Shown piece by piece: positions 27,289 to 36,817 of a stretch of 64,000 nt of DNA; position 1 is the stretch's first letter; the number at the start of each line of letters is the position of its first letter. Source of the DNA: a virus. Taxonomy: Duplodnaviria > Caudoviricetes. The stretch lies in the IMG/VR virus record IMGVR_UViG_642791616_000001, positions 32,001 through 96,000 of that record; one strand, given 5' to 3'. The position numbers were made by a program, and so were the translations under genes. Under the pieces are notes generated by a model. The model did no database searches. It saw only the letters and a program-made list of their open reading frames with translations, and was not told where the DNA came from.

Positions 27289-27299
27289 CGCGCCACCTC

Positions 27300-28727
27300 C
27301 TAGAAATAATAGAATCGGAAATCGAATTTGATTTCGAATGATCCGCTCGTTCCCGACAACACAAATTCGTTCCACCCCGGCTCTAGTCGGATTGTCTGCC
27401 GGTTGGTATCTCCGAAAATACTTACGCCGTCTTTACGCGCCTTGACCCCGTCCAAAATAACCGTCTCTTTCGACGTCGTATCGCCCGTATATTGCCAAGC
27501 ATCGCCGGTCGTTTTGTTCGTGATCTTTAACTTAGATGAGGCGCCTTTATACGAAATAACGAAAGGCAATCCCAACGGATCAATACGAATAGCCCCCGCA
27601 TTGTAAATACGGAAGCTCTTTGTCTTATGTTTATAGACCGGAATAGTGTCCTCTAGGTTTTCACCGAACTGCCAAAGACTCGTGTCAAAAGTAAACGGGT
27701 CCTGCGTCGTACCGACCGATTCGCAGTAAGGAGATGCGCTTTCGAACGTTAGTGTAAAATCGGCCACGCTTCCGCTTCTCTCCGGATCAAAAGAATCGCT
27801 CAATTCGACTCGCCAACGTTTCTTCGGATTGCCCTCCGCGACTAGATAAAACTCGGATTCCTGATAAAGAGCGTTATATATTTCGTCGCGTAACAAGTAG
27901 AAGTCGGCGGCGTCTTCAGCATACATCGTGCAGTCGGCTGTGATACGGCGATTTCCAAAATCTTTGCCTGTGCGATAAGATCCGTTTTTTCCCGGGATAT
28001 TTTCGTAGGTAATATTCGGAGCCGGCGCAGATACGACTAGACTACGTACTAAAACAGATAGGTCTCGTGCCATGTCGATAATAGTTCCATTGCGGTATTG
28101 AATACGGAAGTTTGCATCCGAACGTGGAATCGCTGAAGAGCGCCCGAAAACAATATCCGGCGAGAATGCATCTTCATTAAATTTTTCGTCTACGTCAACA
28201 ACGGATGGTTCCGGTTTTGGCTTCGCTGGCTTATCTACGTCGGTGCTTGTGTCTGTCGTCTTCTTCGTGTCGTACTTCGTTAGGTTATGCGTCGCGATAA
28301 TGTTGTTCAATTTCGTCGCGTACGCTGGGTCCGTTGCATATCCGGCACTAACGAGAGCCTTCGTTGCTTTCCGGTAGTTCGTCTGTCCGACGACGGCTTT
28401 GTAGTGATTCGGGTTCCAGCTCGTTCCGTTAATGTATAGCTTCGCGAGGTCCTGCATCGATTCGTACCAAGACGGATACTTACGGAAGTCAGCGTAAACT
28501 TGCACGTTTCTTCCATTGTACACTTCCCACGTCAACATCCGAATAGAAGAGCCTTTGTACGAACCTTTTACGCCAAACAAGTTCTTACCTTTCGTGGCCA
28601 ATCCCGAATTTCCGTAGCCGGATTCTAGGCAGCCCTGCGCAATGACAAGCGACGCGAGTATGTTGTAATTCCGGTATATTTTCTGCGCGTCCGGCGCTAT
28701 CGCTTTGATGAAACTAGCGTTGCTCAA
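27300..28727 (-). CDS. Distal tail (Dit) protein with N-terminal GH73 glucosaminidase (LytG-like)
   Basis: AQGCLESGYG, NLFGVKG, FRKY, GYATDPAY; Pro/Lys linker; Sipho_tail domain ending FDFRFYY. Confidence 0.88.
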   Translation of the reverse strand: MSNASFIKAIAPDAQKIYRNYNILASLVIAQGCLESGYGNSGLATKGKNLFGVKGSYKGSSIRMLTWEVYNGRNVQVYADFRKYPSWYESMQDLAKLYINGTSWNPNHYKAVVGQTNYRKATKALVSAGYATDPAYATKLNNIIATHNLTKYDTKKTTDTSTDVDKPAKPKPEPSVVDVDEKFNEDAFSPDIVFGRSSAIPRSDANFRIQYRNGTIIDMARDLSVLVRSLVVSAPAPNITYENIPGKNGSYRTGKDFGNRRITADCTMYAEDAADFYLLRDEIYNALYQESEFYLVAEGNPKKRWRVELSDSFDPERSGSVADFTLTFESASPYCESVGTTQDPFTFDTSLWQFGENLEDTIPVYKHKTKSFRIYNAGAIRIDPLGLPFVISYKGASSKLKITNKTTGDAWQYTGDTTSKETVILDGVKARKDGVSIFGDTNRQTIRLEPGWNEFVLSGTSGSFEIKFDFRFYYF

Positions 28728-28742
28728 CCGCTCACCTCCTCC

Positions 28743-31529
28743 CTAATAACTGCTTCGATCTATTTCGTCCATCTGCCGTCTACTTACGTGTGGCTCGACG
28801 ATACGACCGACCACTTCGCCTTCCATAACTACCGATAGCCCCTTAAGTGACTCGACAGCATTTGCGAGGTTTGAAAGGCCCGCTTGCATTTGCGGGCTAT
28901 AGCCGCCTACTGACGCAACCCGAGCCGTATGACCAGCGTCTAGCATCCGGAATAAGTTCGATTGTTGTGCTTCCGTCAAGACCATTTCATTTCGTAGAGC
29001 GCGAATATCAACTTCGTGACTCATTGGACGGTCGATAAACTTCGAAGCCATTCCGCCTGAATGCAACTTGCCGGCCGGTTTGCCGACGATGCCTCCGACG
29101 TGGTAAGTACCTTCGTTTCCACGCCCACGGCTGACGGCTCGTTCCGTTTTACGTGTGACATCCGTTGTGATGATCGTTATGCGCTTACTGAGGTCCTTGC
29201 TGAGTTCCGCATTCATGACCGATGCTTGGCCGGTTATCTCAACGACTTTGCTCCTTGTTTGCTCTAATTGCGTAATTTCCTTTTCAATTGCGGCAAGTGA
29301 TTTGCGATATTCAGCCGTCTTTTTATCGGCCGCTGTCGTATTGTTAATAAGTTTCCATCGTGCTTCATTAAGTTTTCCGAGTTCTTTATCTAGCACCGCG
29401 ACTCCTTGGCCCTTTTTAGCTGTTAGGCCCACTTGTCGCAATTCTAAATCTATCAATTTTTGATTGACCTGAGTTAACTTGCCGATCTCCTTCTGTGTTT
29501 CAGCGAGACTTGCCTGTTTCTTTTGAAGTATCTCGGTACTTTTTATTAGCTCGTTCCTCTTTGTATCTAGAATCTGCTTTTCCTGTGCGAGTGTTACCTG
29601 ATGCATCTGCGCTTCCGCTTGATTTCCATTCTTTTTAGCCTCGGCGATCTTTCTTTCAATACTTTCTACTGTAGCTAGTTGGTTAGTAACGGCCTGCTCT
29701 TTCTCAGCTCTCTTGCTAGCCTCTGAGTTTATTTCCTGCTTTAATTGCTTCTCTTTTTGAAGATGCCCCTCCATGTTGCGCTCAGAGATCGTCTTTTGCT
29801 TTTCGAGTTCCAAGCGCAATTCTTCCGCTTTCTCCGCACTCAAACGTTTCATCGCTTCGGTATTCTTCGCGATCGCATTGCCCTGCGCCGAGAAGGCCGC
29901 TTCTGTTTCCGGAGACTTCTTGATAATCTGATCGTTCAACTGTAAGAACCGGTCGAACTCCTCATTCGTAAGTCCCGAGCTCTTACGGAGGCCGTCTTGT
30001 TCTGCGTTTAGTTTCTTAATCGCAGCCGAATCTTTTTCGTTAGCCAGCGCGTCCTTGTTGTCTAAGTAGCGTAGTAATTCATCGTTCGTCAGTTTCATTT
30101 TCGCCTGCAAGCCGTCGTACTCTTTGATCGTCTTGTTTATGCCGTCGACTTCCTTTTGCTTCGCGTTTGCCGCTTCGAGGCTGACGGTATTCATCGCTTT
30201 ATAGCCGGCAGAAACGCCGACCAATAAACCGCCAAGCAACGAAAGACCCGTTATGATCCATCCGGCTGGCCCCATTGCCGCGAATAATCCACGCAATGCA
30301 AAGCCGAGTTTGACTGCCGAAGCAGCCGTAAGTGCGATTGCCGCCGAAGTGCCCGCCATTGCGAGACCCGTCGCTACGACGCTCGGGTTGACCTTACTAA
30401 ATAAGTCGACTAACTTCGTCCCGTGGTCGACGATAGACCGTAGGTGCGGTAAGAACTCGTTTCCAAGTTTGATACCTACGCCTTCGAGTGCTGACGTAAA
30501 TTTCTCGAATGCGCCGTATAGGTTATCCATCTGCACATCCGCGACACTTTGCGCTGTTCCGGCTGATTCTTCTAGCGACTTCGTATACGATTTAAGGCTC
30601 TTTTCTCCGGTCGCTAATAACGCCGCAAACCCCGACGCTGCTTCTGTTCCGACGAGCGACGCTATTGCAGCCGTCTTCTGCGCCTGACCTAAGTGGCCGA
30701 GCTTTTCGTTTAAGTGGCCGATGATTTCCGGTAGGGGCTTCATCTTACCCGAAGCGTCTTGTACTTCGATGCCGTACGCCTTAGTTGCCTTCGCGGCACG
30801 CCCGATTGGGTTAGCAAGCCGTAACATGCCCGCCCGTAATGCCGTACCGGCCATCGAACCTTGAATACCGGCGTCAGACATTTTCGCAACTGCGGCCGCC
30901 GTTTCCTCGAACGTAAATCCGAGCGACGTCGCAACTGGTGCTACGTACTTCATTGCGTCTCCGAGTTGTAATAGATCGGTGTTCGCACTGGTCATCGTTT
31001 TAACTAGAACGTCAACCGCGTACGTTGAATCTTCCGACGCGATTCCGAAGCCCGTCATGATATTCGACACGATGTCCGCCGACGTTCCCATGTCCACCGA
31101 AGCAGCAGCCGCCATGTTTAATACAGCCGGTAACGAGCCGATCTGATCTTTAACGCTGAAGCCCGCCATCGCTAAGTATTGGAGTCCTTGCGCTGCCTCT
31201 GTCGCCGTAAACTTCGTCGATTCTCCGAGATCCATAGCAACTTTTCGAAGGGCTTCGAAGTCCTGTCCGGTAGCGCCCGAAATCGACTGAACTTTCGACA
31301 TTGCTTGCTCGAAGTCAGCCGCAGTTTTAACTGATACGCCGATGCCCGCGACTACTGCGCCCCCTACCGCTAGGGCTGCCGTCTGAACGATTCCCATTTG
31401 CGTGCTTAACGACTTGGCTGAATTGCTCATCTGATTCATTTGACTTTCCGCCTGAGAGACACCGGCGCTGAATTGACTCGATTCTAGCGATAAGCGAGCG
31501 ACAATTTCTCCTACTGTAGTACCTGACAT
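28743..31529 (-). CDS. Tail tape-measure protein
   Basis: DFEQAMSKV, STKFTATEAA, GIQGSMAGT TP901-type core; coiled coil. Confidence 0.95.
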   Translation of the reverse strand: MSGTTVGEIVARLSLESSQFSAGVSQAESQMNQMSNSAKSLSTQMGIVQTAALAVGGAVVAGIGVSVKTAADFEQAMSKVQSISGATGQDFEALRKVAMDLGESTKFTATEAAQGLQYLAMAGFSVKDQIGSLPAVLNMAAAASVDMGTSADIVSNIMTGFGIASEDSTYAVDVLVKTMTSANTDLLQLGDAMKYVAPVATSLGFTFEETAAAVAKMSDAGIQGSMAGTALRAGMLRLANPIGRAAKATKAYGIEVQDASGKMKPLPEIIGHLNEKLGHLGQAQKTAAIASLVGTEAASGFAALLATGEKSLKSYTKSLEESAGTAQSVADVQMDNLYGAFEKFTSALEGVGIKLGNEFLPHLRSIVDHGTKLVDLFSKVNPSVVATGLAMAGTSAAIALTAASAVKLGFALRGLFAAMGPAGWIITGLSLLGGLLVGVSAGYKAMNTVSLEAANAKQKEVDGINKTIKEYDGLQAKMKLTNDELLRYLDNKDALANEKDSAAIKKLNAEQDGLRKSSGLTNEEFDRFLQLNDQIIKKSPETEAAFSAQGNAIAKNTEAMKRLSAEKAEELRLELEKQKTISERNMEGHLQKEKQLKQEINSEASKRAEKEQAVTNQLATVESIERKIAEAKKNGNQAEAQMHQVTLAQEKQILDTKRNELIKSTEILQKKQASLAETQKEIGKLTQVNQKLIDLELRQVGLTAKKGQGVAVLDKELGKLNEARWKLINNTTAADKKTAEYRKSLAAIEKEITQLEQTRSKVVEITGQASVMNAELSKDLSKRITIITTDVTRKTERAVSRGRGNEGTYHVGGIVGKPAGKLHSGGMASKFIDRPMSHEVDIRALRNEMVLTEAQQSNLFRMLDAGHTARVASVGGYSPQMQAGLSNLANAVESLKGLSVVMEGEVVGRIVEPHVSRRQMDEIDRSSY

Positions 31530-31554
31530 TCGATTTCCTCCTTTCCTCCGTTAT

Positions 31555-31908
31555 TTAAGAGAGGCTCCGCAATTGCTCGAACTTATCTCGGTCGAAATCG
31601 TCACGTTCCACATAGCCGGCTTGTTTTCGAAGGTCTTTTAACATGCGTTGATAATCCTCGTCTTCCATAGCGCGCCCTTCAGTGCCGACGAGTGTCGATA
31701 TCATAGAAAGCCGTTCAATCGCGTTAGACTTCGTCTTTGCACGTAGGAATTTCGGAATATCGACCATGTAGTAATCGTTTTCGATCTGTCGCTGAGTGAC
31801 CCCGAGCAATACCGCCGCATCTATTAAGTAGTCATCGATTGTGTACTCGCCTTCATCCGGATACTTTACTCTGTCGGTGCTTTCGGAAGAAGGCTTTTCA
31901 GGTTTTTT
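31555..31908 (-). CDS. Tail assembly chaperone, -1 frameshift extension (gpGT-like)
   Basis: Open -1 frame from slippery A AAA AAC (31908-31902) reading KKPEKPSS...DAAVLLGVTQRQIEND... Confidence 0.85.
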   Translation of the reverse strand, partial: KKPEKPSSESTDRVKYPDEGEYTIDDYLIDAAVLLGVTQRQIENDYYMVDIPKFLRAKTKSNAIERLSMISTLVGTEGRAMEDEDYQRMLKDLRKQAGYVERDDFDRDKFEQLRSLS

Positions 31909-32249
31909 GCTACGGATTGCAAACGGTTCTTTTCAACTACCGCGATTAGAAAATCGATGATTTCGTCGGTCCCGACATTTTCGAGAATGTAGTCTTCGTC
32001 AAGACCGGAAAGAACCGAGACAATTTTAGCGACTTCATCCATTGCCAACTTAGCCGCCGCAACTAATGTAGAAGCGAAGTCGTCCTGTCCGCTTGTGCTT
32101 AAAACCGTGATAAATAAGTGCGGTAGACGATCGACCACCTCGAATAGCGCCTTCCATTTGACCGGCGTCAACTTTGGAATTTGTACCGTTTTATCGCCGA
32201 GTGTAAGTTCGCTTGATACCTTTTTCGTACCGATACCAAATAAGCTCAT
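31866..32249 (-). CDS. Tail assembly chaperone (gpG-like)
   Basis: Between major tail and tape measure genes; ends ...VAKNLKSL. Confidence 0.85.
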   Translation of the reverse strand: MSLFGIGTKKVSSELTLGDKTVQIPKLTPVKWKALFEVVDRLPHLFITVLSTSGQDDFASTLVAAAKLAMDEVAKIVSVLSGLDEDYILENVGTDEIIDFLIAVVEKNRLQSVAKNLKSLLPKAPTE

Positions 32250-32266
32250 TGCGCAACCTCCTTTCT

Positions 32267-32299
32267 AAATAAAAAGACACCGCCGCTAAGCGATGCCTT
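32267..32299 (-). terminator. Intrinsic terminator after major tail gene
   Basis: GGCATCGC/GCGGTGTC plus T-tract on minus strand. Confidence 0.7.
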
Positions 32300-32305
32300 C
32301 CGTTG

Positions 32306-32848
32306 TTATTCCGCTGATTCGTCGCCCATAACGTATAAAAGGCCGTCGTTGTCTGTGTCCGGATAGGCTTTAAACGTCAGATTCGCGATACGCTCATCGT
32401 CTGAGTTATATGTGTACTCCGGATCTGACATAGCTCCCGCAAGTGGAACCGTGATGTAGTCATTTGGAGTCGTACCAGGAGCCGTCGGTTTAATGACTAG
32501 CGGTTTAGCCGCCGAAAGCATATCAAAGCCTGCTTTTCCTGATACCTCCAACTTCATTTTTTCGGGATTCGTATTATCCTTAATTAGCTTACTATTAGGC
32601 ATCGCTGCCGCTAACTTTTCTAAATCGTGAAGCGCGAAAGGCACTGTAACTTCAGCATTACGACCTTTTATTGTCGACTTAACCGGAGTGTCTCCGTACT
32701 GATCGACAGTTGTATCTTGAATTGATGTCTCCACCTTAAAGACGATACCGCCTTTCGTAATGCCGAACGAGACCATATCAGCACCCTCGCCATATTCGAC
32801 GATCGCCGGACCGATAGGAACGTTAATTCCTCTAATTCCTGCTGCCAT
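32306..32848 (-). CDS. Major tail protein
   Basis: IGPAIVEYG, TKGG, VDQYG; position. Confidence 0.85.
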   Translation of the reverse strand: MAAGIRGINVPIGPAIVEYGEGADMVSFGITKGGIVFKVETSIQDTTVDQYGDTPVKSTIKGRNAEVTVPFALHDLEKLAAAMPNSKLIKDNTNPEKMKLEVSGKAGFDMLSAAKPLVIKPTAPGTTPNDYITVPLAGAMSDPEYTYNSDDERIANLTFKAYPDTDNDGLLYVMGDESAE

Positions 32849-32873
32849 CTATTTTCCTCCTTTTATATTTGCG

Positions 32874-32900
32874 CAAAAGAAAAAGCGCCCCTAAGGACGC
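32874..32900 (-). terminator. Intrinsic terminator within late operon
   Basis: AGCGTCC-TTAG-GGGCGCT plus T-tract on minus strand. Confidence 0.65.
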
Positions 32901-33265
32901 TCTACGCAATCGAAATTTAATGAGTATATCGGACGATCAGATTCGTCGTCTCCTAAATACAGCGGCGCCGAGTTATTGCAGCGCATTTGTACGATTGAGC
33001 TTTCGCCGACCTGTACTTCGGACAGATTCGTAAGCGCATCGTATAATTCGAACGCTTTGTCTTCCGTGCCTGCGCCGTCTCTAGCTTCGCCGCGCACGAG
33101 TATTTGAAAGGACGGCCGCTTTAGTCCGGTATACTTAGACGTCGGAAATCCTCCCGTCAACTTGACCGAGATTGCGGCGCCTTTACTATCTACCGGAAAT
33201 TTATTTACGTAATATTTTCCGTCAACTTTCGACTCAATGAAATCGATAAGTTCACCTACACGCAT
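32891..33265 (-). CDS. Tail terminator / Minor_capsid_3-like protein
   Basis: PSFQILVRG, LGDDESDRPIYSLNF. Confidence 0.8.
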   Translation of the reverse strand: MRVGELIDFIESKVDGKYYVNKFPVDSKGAAISVKLTGGFPTSKYTGLKRPSFQILVRGEARDGAGTEDKAFELYDALTNLSEVQVGESSIVQMRCNNSAPLYLGDDESDRPIYSLNFDCVERP

Positions 33266-33675
33266 TAGATCAGCCCCCTACGAACGCCTTCAGCGATCCA
33301 GCGTACGTATTTCTCGGCGTTTCCTTTTAACGGACGTTCGAGATATTTGTTGCCGACCTCGTATCCGTCAATGCCGCCTGCCGCTTGCGATGCTGGTCCG
33401 AGGTTGTAGTCCATTTCGTGGGTCCATATCGCGTAGTTGAATCCGCCTTCTACTGCTCGGAAAGAAACGTCTACGACCGCCTTGCCCTTCGCGAGTTTGT
33501 AGTTTTTCTTGATACTCGCGCGTAAGGTTCCTTTGTCGATCGGCGCGATGTTCTGCGCAATTCTACCGAGATCGTCGCCGGAATCACCTAACGCCTGCGC
33601 GGCGCTTTCTAGGGCGCTTCGACTTGCGTTGTTAATGCCGGTTATGAAACTACTCGCATCAAACGTAAAACTCAT
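33265..33675 (-). CDS. HK97 gp10-like neck protein
   Basis: APIDKGTLRAS, YAIWTHE, KYLERP. Confidence 0.85.
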   Translation of the reverse strand: MSFTFDASSFITGINNASRSALESAAQALGDSGDDLGRIAQNIAPIDKGTLRASIKKNYKLAKGKAVVDVSFRAVEGGFNYAIWTHEMDYNLGPASQAAGGIDGYEVGNKYLERPLKGNAEKYVRWIAEGVRRGLI

Positions 33676-34010
33676 AGATACACCTCCGTCAATAGCGCTT
33701 TACCATCGATGTGTCTCTTAACGTTGATTTCCTTCGGTCTCTTTTCCATTGTTTCTCCGAGTTCATTCGTATAAGAGATTACGTCGGTATAGCGCACGTC
33801 AGCTAGGCGATCTAATAGAATACGAGCCGATGCGACGGCCTCTTCGGATTTAACGACGCCATTGTTGCGCGCCTTGACTACGGTCGATCCTTCATCGATG
33901 CGGCATTTAAGCGTAAATTCTTCGGCTTCATTTATCGGATTTCCCCAACGGTCTAGCTCGTCAGATGGGCGCTTCACCATAATAGTTTGGCGCATTGGAA
34001 ACATCGCCAT
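33672..34010 (-). CDS. Head closure protein
   Basis: DRWGNP motif; position. Confidence 0.7.
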   Translation of the reverse strand: MAMFPMRQTIMVKRPSDELDRWGNPINEAEEFTLKCRIDEGSTVVKARNNGVVKSEEAVASARILLDRLADVRYTDVISYTNELGETMEKRPKEINVKRHIDGKALLTEVYL

Positions 34011-34406
34011 TTACAGCACCGTCCTTCTGATTCGCTTGCCGCCGAATTTGACGTCGTTTTCTTCTTCTATAGCTACGATCGATTCTTTCGGAATCAAGTC
34101 TTCGTCTTCCACTCGCAATGTGTCCTTATAGTTAAACGAGCCGACTCCGGTGATCGAGAACGAAGAAATACCGTGCTTGTTCAGTCGGTTCGTATCGTTG
34201 TACGCGATCGCTAGGACGTTAACAAACTCGTAAACTGCTTTGTCGGGTATGATGTACTTAGAAAAGACGCGCGTCAAAGTCGAAGAAGCTCGGTTTAATA
34301 GCCGACTCTTCTTCTCCTCATCTGCGTCGATCCAATCCTCGGTATCTACTAAAAACGTGTTAATGTAGTCGTTTGCGCCTTCGACTGTAGCCGCCAATCG
34401 CCCCAC
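34011..34406 (-). CDS. Head-tail adaptor protein
   Basis: ATVEGANDY...W...KSRLL; position. Confidence 0.7.
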   Translation of the reverse strand: MGRLAATVEGANDYINTFLVDTEDWIDADEEKKSRLLNRASSTLTRVFSKYIIPDKAVYEFVNVLAIAYNDTNRLNKHGISSFSITGVGSFNYKDTLRVEDEDLIPKESIVAIEEENDVKFGGKRIRRTVL

Positions 34407-34412
34407 CTCCTG

Positions 34413-34622
34413 TTATTTTGCGGAGGACTTACGGGCGGGCTTTTTAGCTGGCGCCGACTTCGGTTTATCCTCCGTTTTTATACACGTAACCCACTTCGGG
34501 CACAATCCGTCTAGTAGCTCGATCTCGTCCGGGTCGTCCGTCTCATACGTTCCGTTGTGGTCAAATACAATCTTTTGAGAACTTCCGATCATATAAAAAG
34601 GTGTCGCTTTATATACAACCAT
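34413..34622 (-). CDS. Small head-associated hypothetical protein
   Basis: 69 aa, basic tail, in head module. Confidence 0.7.
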   Translation of the reverse strand: MVVYKATPFYMIGSSQKIVFDHNGTYETDDPDEIELLDGLCPKWVTCIKTEDKPKSAPAKKPARKSSAK

Positions 34623-34906
34623 TAGCTAGACCCCTTTCCCTCTAACGCCTCCAAACGACTTCGATAATCGTCTAAAATCGTCTTGACTTCCGTATTAAGA
34701 TTATCGAGAAAAACACTGCCCTTTCCGATGGTTCGAGAGTTTACAGCTCCATCCCCAATATGCCTATTTTTAATTGTGCCATCCTCAATAACTAATGACC
34801 CGCCTTCAGAAGATTGAAGGTTTTGTATAATGTCACCCAATTTCAACTCATTCGCAATAGGCATTGACTCGTTTAGTCGTTGTTTTTGACTCTCCGTTAT
34901 CGCCAA
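34622..34906 (-). CDS. Putative head fibre/decoration protein
   Basis: I.DG.I repeats (IEDGTI, IGDGAV, IGKGSV); directly after capsid gene. Confidence 0.55.
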   Translation of the reverse strand: MAITESQKQRLNESMPIANELKLGDIIQNLQSSEGGSLVIEDGTIKNRHIGDGAVNSRTIGKGSVFLDNLNTEVKTILDDYRSRLEALEGKGSS

Positions 34907-34924
34907 ATGTATTTCCTCCTTTCA

Positions 34925-34954
34925 AAAATAAAAGACGGGCAATTAAGCCCGCCG
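34925..34954 (-). terminator. Intrinsic terminator after major capsid gene
   Basis: GGCGGGC-TTAATT-GCCCGTC plus T-tract on minus strand. Confidence 0.8.
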
Positions 34955-34955
34955 A

Positions 34956-36059
34956 TTAAGATACAGTCGTCGCGATGTTTTCAAGAATCGCAATTTTTTC
35001 GTTAGCGTTTTTAACTTTGATTCCGTATTCCCCGCGAATCTGTCTTGCAACAAAGTCTGCGCCCGGAACACTTGCGTCTGTATCGTATACAGAACGTCCA
35101 GTTAAAGGATGTAACGAAAGGATGCTTCGGTCGAACAAAGCGATCTTATCTTTCGGGAAGTTAGGGTCAACAATGACCGTAGCGACACCGCCGCCAACCA
35201 TGTCCGAAACAAACGTGCTGATTCTGTGGCCAGTAGCTGCGTCTGTACGTTCAGTTCGGATAGTGTCTGTCGCCATTTTGGAAATCTGACGAGCACCCGC
35301 TGTATTCGTTAAGATTGTATTCACAGAACCGCCTCGGAGATATACTTGCTCCATCAATGCGTTAATATCTTTAGCTTCTACTTCTTTTCCTTCTAAATTC
35401 GCTTTTGCTGATCCTTTAAGATTAGCGAAGTTTAAAAGGCCGCCAGTCATACGTGGCTTACCGTCGATTCTACGTCCATAAATCAACCAATCGTTGAACT
35501 CGCGCGCCATTTCTTTCAGTCTTAGTTGCACTTGGTAGTTGAGTTCATCCGTTACGTTGTGTGTTCTAACAGCTTGTTGTGTGTTGGAAACTGCCGCATA
35601 TCTTTCGATGATCTGCGTGAAGTTGTAATCAACATAGCGGTCGTGCCCCTCGTCCATACCTACGCCTGCACCTTCGTTTTGCGGGCGTGAAACAATTCGC
35701 AATTCAGAGCCCGCTTTTAGCGTTTCCTGAGTAGTGCCGTCGAATCCTCGAATAACTGTCAGCACATCTCCCGAAACGTCGGTAACTTTAAGATATTCCT
35801 CCCCGACAACAACGATAGCGTCTTTACGGAACTTAGATCCGTCATCTTCTGCGACAGTAATCTTACCGTCTGCCCCCACTTCTTTAATCGTTGCTAAGTT
35901 CGAGTTTAAACGATCTGACATCCACTCGAATTTAGTTTGGAAGAGAGCCTCACCATTTAGTCCCACAAGCCCTAAAAGAGTCGGCTCGTCTTGCAGAATT
36001 AGCTCGATTCCCGCGTCCAACTGACGTACTTGATCCTTAAAATCATAACTCTTTAACAT
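34956..36059 (-). CDS. Major capsid protein (SU10/DUF5309-like)
   Basis: FEWMSD, NFTQI, VSNTQQA, RMTGG, GEYG. Confidence 0.88.
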   Translation of the reverse strand: MLKSYDFKDQVRQLDAGIELILQDEPTLLGLVGLNGEALFQTKFEWMSDRLNSNLATIKEVGADGKITVAEDDGSKFRKDAIVVVGEEYLKVTDVSGDVLTVIRGFDGTTQETLKAGSELRIVSRPQNEGAGVGMDEGHDRYVDYNFTQIIERYAAVSNTQQAVRTHNVTDELNYQVQLRLKEMAREFNDWLIYGRRIDGKPRMTGGLLNFANLKGSAKANLEGKEVEAKDINALMEQVYLRGGSVNTILTNTAGARQISKMATDTIRTERTDAATGHRISTFVSDMVGGGVATVIVDPNFPKDKIALFDRSILSLHPLTGRSVYDTDASVPGADFVARQIRGEYGIKVKNANEKIAILENIATTVS

Positions 36060-36070
36060 TTAGTTTCCCC

Positions 36071-36766
36071 CTAGTTATTTAGTAGACTCTTTAGTTTGTT
36101 AGAAAGCTCAACAACCTTTGAAAAGTTTTTTTCCTTTTTCGCAGTAGTTAACTGAGCTTCTAATGTCTTGATTTCTCCACCCGATCCTCCTCCATTTGTA
36201 GGTTGGCCTATTGGCTTACTATTTTGAGTGGATTTAATCAGGTAAGGTTTATTGTCAACGATCTCCCGAACAACACCTTCTATTCCGTGCACTTTACCCT
36301 CCTCGACCTTAACTTCCGATAAGTCTGCGAGACGTAATGCGTCATCAATATAAGCGATGCCGTGAGCCGTAGCAACCTTAATAAACTCGTTCGTAACTTT
36401 GTTTTGTTCGTCCGCTTTTTTAAGATCCTCGATCTGCTTCGCAAGAGACTGTTCCGCCTCCGATTTCGCTTCGAGTTCCTTTTTGATGCGGTCGAGTTCC
36501 GTCAGTTCTGCGTCTGCCTTTTCTTGCTCCGCTTTTTCATACGCGCTTAGCTTCTCTTTTAAAGCGTCATAGTCTGCGTATTTAGAGACAGCGCGTTTAA
36601 CGCGAGACGTAATCTTCTCGTCAAACTCTTCCTGCGTAAGCTCGATTTTCTTCGGCTGATCCTCGCTTGGTTGCGTTGGCGTTTGTTCTTCCGCCTGACC
36701 CCCGCCTGCTTGATCATCTGCGTCAAATAACGGCATAAATCGTTTTACAAACATATCGTCCTCCAA
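36071..36766 (-). CDS. Head scaffolding protein
   Basis: LTQEEFD, KYADYD, coiled coil, KPYL. Confidence 0.88.
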   Translation of the reverse strand: MEDDMFVKRFMPLFDADDQAGGGQAEEQTPTQPSEDQPKKIELTQEEFDEKITSRVKRAVSKYADYDALKEKLSAYEKAEQEKADAELTELDRIKKELEAKSEAEQSLAKQIEDLKKADEQNKVTNEFIKVATAHGIAYIDDALRLADLSEVKVEEGKVHGIEGVVREIVDNKPYLIKSTQNSKPIGQPTNGGGSGGEIKTLEAQLTTAKKEKNFSKVVELSNKLKSLLNN

Positions 36767-36817
36767 CCGTTTTAAGGCCGTCGCCTATTAGATAAAACAG
36801 CCGTTTAGTTTAACGTC

